DNA from: Longimicrobiales bacterium
Lineage (GTDB): Bacteria > Gemmatimonadota > Gemmatimonadetes > Longimicrobiales > Gaopeijiaceae
Assembly (NCBI GenBank): GCA_965248195.1
Contig: CBDFIQ010000001.1
Location: 960,001 to 1,024,000, forward strand
Direction of reading: 5' to 3'
Length of the DNA: 64,000 nucleotides
In this document: positions 39,462-47,651 of the stretch, in pieces
Layout of the letters: each line of letters opens with the position of its first letter
Numbering within the stretch: the first letter of the stretch is position 1
Made by a program: the position numbers and the translations under genes
Notes under the pieces: generated by a model
Told to the model about the DNA's origin: nothing
The model's input: the letters and a program-made list of their open reading frames with translations, nothing else
Database searches by the model: none

Positions 39462-40837
39462 GGTCAAGTCCCGATTTGTGTGTAAAAGCGGAGGAAGCTC
39501 CTCGCCTTCGGCTAGGCTGCTTGGGCGACCTCCTGTTTCTGGAGGAGTGAGAGGTCGAGGTAACGCCGGTCGCCCCAGACGTGTGTGGTCCTGAGTGCGA
39601 CGGCCGTGATGAGCCTGAGGGCGCTGGCCCGGTCCGGGAAGGCGCCGGCGGCCTTGATCCTGCGTTTGATCTCGCCGTGCAGCCGCTCGAGGCTGTTGGT
39701 GGTACGCAGCCGGGGCCAGTGCGCCTCGGGGAACGCGTAGAACTGCGTCGCTGCCCCGAAGCCCCGCTCCAGGACCTCCACGGCCTCGGGCAGCTCCTTC
39801 TTCCAGCGTGCGCCGAACTCGCCCAGGAGCTTCTTCGCCTCGGCGAGTCCGGATGTCTGGAAGATCACCGAGACCTCACGCGCCACGCGCTTGCGTAGGC
39901 GGTGGGGGACCCTCGCCCCCACATTACGCTGCAGATGGACCGTACACCTCTGACGGCGTGCCTCGGGCAGGAAGCGGCGGACCGCAGCTGCCAGGCCTGC
40001 GTGCTCATCGGCGATCACGAGCTCGACACCGCCGAGGCCGCGGTCCTGGAGTTGCTCGAGGAGCTCCGACCAGCTCTGCTGCGACTCCTCAGCGCCCAGC
40101 GTGACGGCCAGGAGCCGTCGGTGACCCTCAGGGCCCACTGCATACGCCACGAGCGCACTCACGTTCTCGACTTTGCGGGCCCAGCGGGCGTCCAAGAACG
40201 TGGCGTCCAGGTACAGATAGGGGTGAGGCCCCTCGATCGGCGCACGGCGCAGCCCTTCCACGGCCTCGTCGAGCCGTTTTGCCACACGACTCACCGTCGA
40301 GCGCCCAACACGCTCGCCCATCAGCGCCTCGGTGACGTCGCCCATCTTGCGCTGTGACACGCCGCTCACATACGCCTCGACCATCATCTCGTCGAGCTCG
40401 GGGCTCCTGCGCTGGTAGCGGCCGATCACGTCGGCCGGCGAACCGTTGTCCCGGCTCCGGGGCATGGCGACCTCGATCTGCCCCAGGCTCGTCAGCAGCC
40501 GCCTCAGGTATGTGCCGTTCCTATGGTCCTTCCGGCTTCCCACCCGCTCGAAGCGGCGTGCACCTACCATGGCCTTCAGCTCCTCTTCCAGCACCATCTC
40601 GAGCGTCAGCCGGATCGCGCCTTGAAACAGCTCGCGCAAATCATCGCGTAGCTCGTCTTGCGTGGCCCGACCGATCTCCACAATCTCTTGCATCGGAAGC
40701 TCCTCTCCGGTTCCGAGCCTGCTCTGCAGACCCGGACTCCCGGGTTCATGTGACAGTGAACAACAACAGAGGAGCTTCCGTTTTTCTTTCCCTCCTGTCC
40801 AGCTTATCCGCTTTTACACAAATCTAGGGACACTACC
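39462..40837 (-). mobile_element. IS256-family element, copy 1 (no target-site duplication)
   Basis: Ends GGTCAAGTCCCGATTTGTGTGTAAAAGCGGA and GGTAGTGTCCCTAGATTTGTGTAAAAGCGGA; flanks GGCTCCCC / GTTCGAGA differ. Confidence 0.95.
39512..40693 (-). CDS. IS256-family transposase
   Basis: RNG, YLYLDA, QRCTVHLQRN, RTTNSLERL..EIKRR, FPD. Confidence 0.95.
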   Translation of the reverse strand: MQEIVEIGRATQDELRDDLRELFQGAIRLTLEMVLEEELKAMVGARRFERVGSRKDHRNGTYLRRLLTSLGQIEVAMPRSRDNGSPADVIGRYQRRSPELDEMMVEAYVSGVSQRKMGDVTEALMGERVGRSTVSRVAKRLDEAVEGLRRAPIEGPHPYLYLDATFLDARWARKVENVSALVAYAVGPEGHRRLLAVTLGAEESQQSWSELLEQLQDRGLGGVELVIADEHAGLAAAVRRFLPEARRQRCTVHLQRNVGARVPHRLRKRVAREVSVIFQTSGLAEAKKLLGEFGARWKKELPEAVEVLERGFGAATQFYAFPEAHWPRLRTTNSLERLHGEIKRRIKAAGAFPDRASALRLITAVALRTTHVWGDRRYLDLSLLQKQEVAQAA

Positions 40838-41354
40838 GTTCGAGATGGTTGGACCTGCCAATGTCGAGAGGATTGGTCGCGATCTGTTCACCTCTCGTAA
40901 CGGCGCTGCCCACGTCCAGGCCGGCCAAGAGGGAGATGTGCTCGTACAAGAAGACCCACCCCTCACCTTCCGGCGCGTCCGTGCTCAAGAGAAGACGGAC
41001 GGCGTCTCCGGGGAACCCGTCGGTGGCCGCGGCGACTGAGACGATTACGCCATCGCCGACTGCGTGGATCGCGGTGCCCTGGGCCGATACGAGGTCGATG
41101 CCTGGGTGGCCCACTTCGTCTAAGTCGAGAGAGCTTCTTACAATGCCGAACGGGTTCACGATGGCCCCTTCAAGCAGGGCTGCGGCGGGCACGGGAAGGG
41201 CGAGATCCACCGGCGGGAGCGTGTCGACTGGCGGCGGTCCTGCCGTATCGTCCAGGTCGGGACCGGTGAGGTCGCTCGGCGGCGAACCGTCACCCCCACC
41301 CCCGCACGCGAGAAACAGCACGGTCACTGTTGCGAGCGCGAGTGGGCGCTCCAT
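40838..41354 (-). pseudogene. M23 peptidase-like lipoprotein truncated by IS256
   Basis: Lipobox FLAC; HPGID, AVGDG, YEH, VTRGEQIA; ends at NHLE against the IS end. Confidence 0.7.
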
Positions 41355-41359
41355 GTTGT

Positions 41360-41495
41360 TGATGATCCGTCGCACGTGGATCAGCTCCTTGATCTTACCG
41401 ATGACCTTGTCGCCGCTGACCCTGCGCTGTTCCTTGGTCTTTCCTCCGGCCTCTACACCGAGCTGACGGTCGGCTCCTGCGGTCTCGTCGTCCAT
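41360..41495 (-). pseudogene. DUF4342-like fragment in frame with the M23 gene
   Basis: VSGDKVIGKIKELIH-VRRII resembles DUF4342 KELIHEGNVRRII with EGN missing. Confidence 0.45.
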
Positions 41496-41898
41496 TCCGG
41501 TCCACTCCTGGTGCGTCCTGGATTCGGTAGGCCAGGCTCACCTTCAGCATGTTAACCACATAAACTTGGATCTTTAGGCCGGCCTCTTCAACAATACCTG
41601 CTGCAACGCAGCCCGTAACACCTTTTCTGCTATACGCCAGGATGGCCCGGCAATACCGCCGTATCGGTGGGTGGCCACGGCGACGAGATCCACCTGACCC
41701 ATCCTCGCCTACGGCGTCCGGGGCTGACGACCTACGACACGCCTGCAAGGGCGTGCAGCATATCTTGCCCATCCACGCATCTCATCGTCTCGTCCTTGCA
41801 TGGCTGGACAGCGTGCGCGCACCTTGGTCTGGGGTCAGCGTTGAAGGGGGAGGGTGTCGGCTCGCCTGGGTACCCGTAAATGGAGGGGAGAAAATTCT

Positions 41899-42501
41899 AT
41901 GGCATGGAAAGTTTCTGGACGAAGCTTGGATTTGTGCAGTTGCAAGATGTGGTGTCCATGTTGGCTCGGCCCTGAGATAGAGCCTGACGAGGGATGGTGT
42001 GCACATACGTTCGGGTATGAAATTCAGCAGGGTAACTCGGATGGCGTAGAACTGAGCGGCACGACGGTGGCACTTACAGGAGAATGGCCGGCTAATTTCT
42101 ATTTGGGTGGAGGCAAGGCTCGTCTCTACATTGGCGAAGCCGCTACCGAAGTTCAACAGCGCGAGCTGGAAGCCATTTTCAGTGGCAAGAAAGGCGGTCA
42201 TTTGGAGAGTCTTTGGGGCGGGGTGATAGACGAATGGTTGCCAGCCAAGGTTGTGAGTGTCGCAATTTCTTGGGGCGAGAAACCGAACCTTTCTGTGAAT
42301 GGTATTGGCCAAGCAACTATGCGGCCATTATCCGATGGTGCTGGAAGATCAACGATCGTATCTGGCGCGATGTCACAAGCAGGACTTCAGATTGATAGCA
42401 TGAACTTGGCTAGCAGTGACGGAAGCCAGTGGTCTGATCCTGACTTTCGCAGCTGGGAAGGCAGCTCTGGAAATATTCATGAATTTGACTGGAGCAACTA
42501 A
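41899..42501 (+). CDS. DUF1326-family Cys-motif protein
   Basis: W...CSC..CPC, G.C, AIFSGKKGG, FDWSN; visibly AT-richer codon usage. Confidence 0.8.
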   Translation: MAWKVSGRSLDLCSCKMWCPCWLGPEIEPDEGWCAHTFGYEIQQGNSDGVELSGTTVALTGEWPANFYLGGGKARLYIGEAATEVQQRELEAIFSGKKGGHLESLWGGVIDEWLPAKVVSVAISWGEKPNLSVNGIGQATMRPLSDGAGRSTIVSGAMSQAGLQIDSMNLASSDGSQWSDPDFRSWEGSSGNIHEFDWSN

Positions 42502-42569
42502 GGGGGGACTGGCGGGAGACTGTACGGCAGCGAAGGCTCAGATCCCCTGGCTTCGCGTTCTTCGTGGAA

Positions 42570-43945
42570 GGTAGTGTCCCTAGATTTGTGTAAAAGCGGA
42601 TAAGCTGGACAGGAGGGAAAGAAAAACGGAAGCTCCTCTGTTGTTGTTCACTGTCACATGAACCCGGGAGTCCGGGTCTGCAGAGCAGGCTCGGAACCGG
42701 AGAGGAGCTTCCGATGCAAGAGATTGTGGAGATCGGTCGGGCCACGCAAGACGAGCTACGCGATGATTTGCGCGAGCTGTTTCAAGGCGCGATCCGGCTG
42801 ACGCTCGAGATGGTGCTGGAAGAGGAGCTGAAGGCCATGGTAGGTGCACGCCGCTTCGAGCGGGTGGGAAGCCGGAAGGACCATAGGAACGGCACATACC
42901 TGAGGCGGCTGCTGACGAGCCTGGGGCAGATCGAGGTCGCCATGCCCCGGAGCCGGGACAACGGTTCGCCGGCCGACGTGATCGGCCGCTACCAGCGCAG
43001 GAGCCCCGAGCTCGACGAGATGATGGTCGAGGCGTATGTGAGCGGCGTGTCACAGCGCAAGATGGGCGACGTCACCGAGGCGCTGATGGGCGAGCGTGTT
43101 GGGCGCTCGACGGTGAGTCGTGTGGCAAAACGGCTCGACGAGGCCGTGGAAGGGCTGCGCCGTGCGCCGATCGAGGGGCCTCACCCCTATCTGTACCTGG
43201 ACGCCACGTTCTTGGACGCCCGCTGGGCCCGCAAAGTCGAGAACGTGAGTGCGCTCGTGGCGTATGCAGTGGGCCCTGAGGGTCACCGACGGCTCCTGGC
43301 CGTCACGCTGGGCGCTGAGGAGTCGCAGCAGAGCTGGTCGGAGCTCCTCGAGCAACTCCAGGACCGCGGCCTCGGCGGTGTCGAGCTCGTGATCGCCGAT
43401 GAGCACGCAGGCCTGGCAGCTGCGGTCCGCCGCTTCCTGCCCGAGGCACGCCGTCAGAGGTGTACGGTCCATCTGCAGCGTAATGTGGGGGCGAGGGTCC
43501 CCCACCGCCTACGCAAGCGCGTGGCGCGTGAGGTCTCGGTGATCTTCCAGACATCCGGACTCGCCGAGGCGAAGAAGCTCCTGGGCGAGTTCGGCGCACG
43601 CTGGAAGAAGGAGCTGCCCGAGGCCGTGGAGGTCCTGGAGCGGGGCTTCGGGGCAGCGACGCAGTTCTACGCGTTCCCCGAGGCGCACTGGCCCCGGCTG
43701 CGTACCACCAACAGCCTCGAGCGGCTGCACGGCGAGATCAAACGCAGGATCAAGGCCGCCGGCGCCTTCCCGGACCGGGCCAGCGCCCTCAGGCTCATCA
43801 CGGCCGTCGCACTCAGGACCACACACGTCTGGGGCGACCGGCGTTACCTCGACCTCTCACTCCTCCAGAAACAGGAGGTCGCCCAAGCAGCCTAGCCGAA
43901 GGCGAGGAGCTTCCTCCGCTTTTACACACAAATCGGGACTTGACC
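42570..43945 (+). mobile_element. IS256-family element, copy 2
   Basis: 1376 bp; 8-bp TSD TCGTGGAA at 42562-42569 and 43946-43953. Confidence 0.96.
42714..43895 (+). CDS. IS256-family transposase
   Basis: 393 aa, identical translation to copy 1. Confidence 0.95.
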   Translation: MQEIVEIGRATQDELRDDLRELFQGAIRLTLEMVLEEELKAMVGARRFERVGSRKDHRNGTYLRRLLTSLGQIEVAMPRSRDNGSPADVIGRYQRRSPELDEMMVEAYVSGVSQRKMGDVTEALMGERVGRSTVSRVAKRLDEAVEGLRRAPIEGPHPYLYLDATFLDARWARKVENVSALVAYAVGPEGHRRLLAVTLGAEESQQSWSELLEQLQDRGLGGVELVIADEHAGLAAAVRRFLPEARRQRCTVHLQRNVGARVPHRLRKRVAREVSVIFQTSGLAEAKKLLGEFGARWKKELPEAVEVLERGFGAATQFYAFPEAHWPRLRTTNSLERLHGEIKRRIKAAGAFPDRASALRLITAVALRTTHVWGDRRYLDLSLLQKQEVAQAA

Positions 43946-44038
43946 TCGTGGAAGGCGTGGTGATCGTCAGGTAGCTGCCGTGGAATGATCCGGGTGGGTC
44001 TCGGGAAACTGCGAGTGTCACCGCGCGATTAGGTGGAT

Positions 44039-44461
44039 ATGAGAACCAGACCAAGTGTGATCCTGATCAGGGAATGGGAAGAGCAGTTGTCAGGCAGCGG
44101 TTGCTGTGGACGAGTGGAAGGCGACTTCCTGACACGCGAAGGAGAGCCCGCCTTTCGGGAGCGTCGGGCATGCATGGAGGCGATGGCACCCTTGTCCCGG
44201 ACGTTGAGAGAGAGATTCGGCGACGCGATCGAGCTTCAGGTCGTGGATCCGCGGAATGCGTTCTTGATATTCCTCCTGCTCAGGGATTTCTGGGCCTTTC
44301 GTGTGGGCCTTGTTGAAGCCCTGAAGACGATCGGGGGGCTCCCGGTCCAGGCCGTGGTCGTGAACGGTAAGCTGCTATCACGAGGGGAGTGGCCGGATCC
44401 GCTCGAGGTGGTTCAGATTCTCGAGGAGGCGATCTCCGCGGGCGTCCTCCAACACGCCTGA
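44039..44461 (+). CDS. Hypothetical protein with a GSGCCG motif (thioredoxin-like fold suspected)
   Basis: Clean ORF with RBS; vicinal Cys; VVDPRN and AVVVNG..LSRG.WP. Confidence 0.7.
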   Translation: MRTRPSVILIREWEEQLSGSGCCGRVEGDFLTREGEPAFRERRACMEAMAPLSRTLRERFGDAIELQVVDPRNAFLIFLLLRDFWAFRVGLVEALKTIGGLPVQAVVVNGKLLSRGEWPDPLEVVQILEEAISAGVLQHA

Positions 44462-44551
44462 CGCGCGTCTTCGTGGAAGGCGTGGTTATCGGGTCGGGTC
44501 GATTCTGCTGGGGCGGCAGTCAAGTAATCACGTTCTAAAGGAGTAGAACGA

Positions 44552-44949
44552 GTGTTCAGGAATGTGCCCTTGCTGGTCTTACTCGGGGCTGTAGTAGGGT
44601 GCGCACGTGATTCGCCAACATCCAGTGAGACTTCAGGAATCGTGGGGTATTGGTTCGGGTGCGAGTTGGGCTCTTCAGACAGTTGCCAGATTCTGGATGA
44701 CGATGGTGCACACTTCACAGCCGACGGTCAGGTCTATGGAATCGAAGAATCCACCGCGCTTACTCTACCAGAATGTGGAGAAAGTCTCTGTTTTCGAGCA
44801 GATCGACCCAGCATAACCATTACCCGTGACCTAGTAGGTACCTACAGCCTGGATGGTACGTCCTTAACCGTGACCATTCTCTCATGTACACACACCAGCA
44901 TCTTCCAGATAGGTACTGATTTCACTGAAAACCAATCGAACTGCATGTT
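44552..44949 (+). pseudogene. Cys-containing lipoprotein, truncated by IS3
   Basis: AAGGAG RBS, lipobox VVGC; the frame runs into the IS3 end at 44950. Confidence 0.6.
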
Positions 44950-45093
44950 TGAATCGCCCCGGGTTCATCGGAGACTGTTTGACTTGAGTGTCAGAGGCTC
45001 ACCTGGAGCGTCCTGACGCGAATAATACAACTCTTCGTACTCGGCCGGCGGGATATGGCCGTGGGGCTCGAAGAGGCGATGGTGATTGAACCA

Positions 45094-46469
45094 GGTAGTG
45101 TCCCTAGATTTGTGTAAAAGCGGATAAGCTGGACAGGAGGGAAAGAAAAACGGAAGCTCCTCTGTTGTTGTTCACTGTCACATGAACCCGGGAGTCCGGG
45201 TCTGCAGAGCAGGCTCGGAACCGGAGAGGAGCTTCCGATGCAAGAGATTGTGGAGATCGGTCGGGCCACGCAAGACGAGCTACGCGATGATTTGCGCGAG
45301 CTGTTTCAAGGCGCGATCCGGCTGACGCTCGAGATGGTGCTGGAAGAGGAGCTGAAGGCCATGGTAGGTGCACGCCGCTTCGAGCGGGTGGGAAGCCGGA
45401 AGGACCATAGGAACGGCACATACCTGAGGCGGCTGCTGACGAGCCTGGGGCAGATCGAGGTCGCCATGCCCCGGAGCCGGGACAACGGTTCGCCGGCCGA
45501 CGTGATCGGCCGCTACCAGCGCAGGAGCCCCGAGCTCGACGAGATGATGGTCGAGGCGTATGTGAGCGGCGTGTCACAGCGCAAGATGGGCGACGTCACC
45601 GAGGCGCTGATGGGCGAGCGTGTTGGGCGCTCGACGGTGAGTCGTGTGGCAAAACGGCTCGACGAGGCCGTGGAAGGGCTGCGCCGTGCGCCGATCGAGG
45701 GGCCTCACCCCTATCTGTACCTGGACGCCACGTTCTTGGACGCCCGCTGGGCCCGCAAAGTCGAGAACGTGAGTGCGCTCGTGGCGTATGCAGTGGGCCC
45801 TGAGGGTCACCGACGGCTCCTGGCCGTCACGCTGGGCGCTGAGGAGTCGCAGCAGAGCTGGTCGGAGCTCCTCGAGCAACTCCAGGACCGCGGCCTCGGC
45901 GGTGTCGAGCTCGTGATCGCCGATGAGCACGCAGGCCTGGCAGCTGCGGTCCGCCGCTTCCTGCCCGAGGCACGCCGTCAGAGGTGTACGGTCCATCTGC
46001 AGCGTAATGTGGGGGCGAGGGTCCCCCACCGCCTACGCAAGCGCGTGGCGCGTGAGGTCTCGGTGATCTTCCAGACATCCGGACTCGCCGAGGCGAAGAA
46101 GCTCCTGGGCGAGTTCGGCGCACGCTGGAAGAAGGAGCTGCCCGAGGCCGTGGAGGTCCTGGAGCGGGGCTTCGGGGCAGCGACGCAGTTCTACGCGTTC
46201 CCCGAGGCGCACTGGCCCCGGCTGCGTACCACCAACAGCCTCGAGCGGCTGCACGGCGAGATCAAACGCAGGATCAAGGCCGCCGGCGCCTTCCCGGACC
46301 GGGCCAGCGCCCTCAGGCTCATCACGGCCGTCGCACTCAGGACCACACACGTCTGGGGCGACCGGCGTTACCTCGACCTCTCACTCCTCCAGAAACAGGA
46401 GGTCGCCCAAGCAGCCTAGCCGAAGGCGAGGAGCTTCCTCCGCTTTTACACACAAATCGGGACTTGACC
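45094..46469 (+). mobile_element. IS256-family element, copy 3
   Basis: 8-bp TSD TTGAACCA at 45086-45093 and 46470-46477. Confidence 0.96.
45238..46419 (+). CDS. IS256-family transposase
   Basis: 393 aa, identical translation to copies 1 and 2. Confidence 0.95.
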   Translation: MQEIVEIGRATQDELRDDLRELFQGAIRLTLEMVLEEELKAMVGARRFERVGSRKDHRNGTYLRRLLTSLGQIEVAMPRSRDNGSPADVIGRYQRRSPELDEMMVEAYVSGVSQRKMGDVTEALMGERVGRSTVSRVAKRLDEAVEGLRRAPIEGPHPYLYLDATFLDARWARKVENVSALVAYAVGPEGHRRLLAVTLGAEESQQSWSELLEQLQDRGLGGVELVIADEHAGLAAAVRRFLPEARRQRCTVHLQRNVGARVPHRLRKRVAREVSVIFQTSGLAEAKKLLGEFGARWKKELPEAVEVLERGFGAATQFYAFPEAHWPRLRTTNSLERLHGEIKRRIKAAGAFPDRASALRLITAVALRTTHVWGDRRYLDLSLLQKQEVAQAA

Positions 46470-47280
46470 TTGAACCACCAGACCCATTCGAGGGTGGCGA
46501 GCTCGATGTCTTCGAGGGTGCGCCACGGACCGCGTGGACGAATGAGCTCGGTCTTGTAGAGTCCGATGATCGTCTCGGCCAGGGCGTTGTCATACGAATC
46601 CCCCCGGCTGCCTACGGACGGCTCGATGCCTGCCAACGCCAGGCGCTCGGTGTAGCGGATAGACAGGTACTGCCCCCTGCGGTCGCTGTGATGCACCAGG
46701 CGCTTGTCTGCGTCGTCCTCGCGTTCACAGATCGCCTGCTCGAGAGCGTCGAGCGCTAAGTCACTGCGTAATGAGTTCGAGACCCGCCATCCGACGATGC
46801 GACGGCTGAACGCATCGATCACGAACGCCACGAAGACAAACGCATGGCCCGTCCGCACGTACGTGAGGTCCGAGACCCACAGCTCGTTGGGACGTGCCGC
46901 GCTGAAGTCTCGGTTCACGAGGTCCAGCGGGCGCTCGTCGCCCTCCGCCGTGTGCGTTGTCACCTTGAAGCGCCGCCCTCGCGTAACCCCACAAAGCTCC
47001 AGTTCCTTCATGAGCCGAGCCACCGTGCATCGAGCCACGGTGATGCCTTCCCGGTTCAGCTGCTTCCACACCTTCTTCGCCCCGTAGACCTGGAAGTTCT
47101 GCATCCACACTCGACGGATCTCCGGCTTCAGCATCTCGTCGCGCTGAGCCCGGACCGATCGTAGCGTCGGATCTGCCTGCATCGCCTTGTGCGTGTAGTA
47201 GGTCGACGGAGCGATCGGCAGTACCTCGCAGATCGGCTCGACTCCGTACGTGGGCCGGTAATCGTCGATGAAGGCCACCA

Positions 47281-47601
47281 TCACCGAACTCGGCGGTCGA
47301 GCTCCGCCTGTGCGAAATACGCCGATGCCTTACGCAGAATCTCGTTCGCCCGCTTCAGCTCACGATTCTCACGCTCCAGCACCTTCAGTCGCTCACGCTC
47401 TTCTGTCTTGAGACCGGGCCGTTGCCCCGTGTCTCGCTCCGCTCGTCGAACCCATTTACGTAGCGTCTCCGCCGTGCACCCGATCTTCTCCGAGATCGAG
47501 CAGATCGCCGCCCACTGTGAGCTGTACTCAGGCTCGTGCTCGAAAACCATCCGAACGGCTCGCTCCCGTACCTCTGGGGAGTACTGTCCTTTCCTTTTCA
47601 T
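47281..47601 (-). CDS. IS3 OrfA
   Basis: [43 protein letters not shown]. Confidence 0.93.
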   Translation of the reverse strand: MKRKGQYSPEVRERAVRMVFEHEPEYSSQWAAICSISEKIGCTAETLRKWVRRAERDTGQRPGLKTEERERLKVLERENRELKRANEILRKASAYFAQAELDRRVR

Positions 47602-47651
47602 GACTCCATCCTCTCAACTGATGGAGTCTCCGGCAAACCCGGGGTGATTCA

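Larger units (their letters stand above)
44965..47284 (-). pseudogene. IS3 OrfB transposase split by IS256
   Basis: WVSDLT, HHSD, DNALAE...WVWWF | NHHRLFEPHGHIPPAEYE resumes below 45093. Confidence 0.9.
44950..47651 (-). mobile_element. IS3-family element (IS6110/IS51-like ends) interrupted by IS256 copy 3
   Basis: Ends TGAATCGCCCCGGGTTCATCGGAGAC and TGAATCACCCCGGGTTTGCCGGAGAC; no flanking TSD. Confidence 0.93.

Noticed and set aside
41899..44949. Classical integron cassette array
   Set aside because: No RYYYAAC/GTTRRRY attC cores or integrase were seen; the repeat is reported separately.
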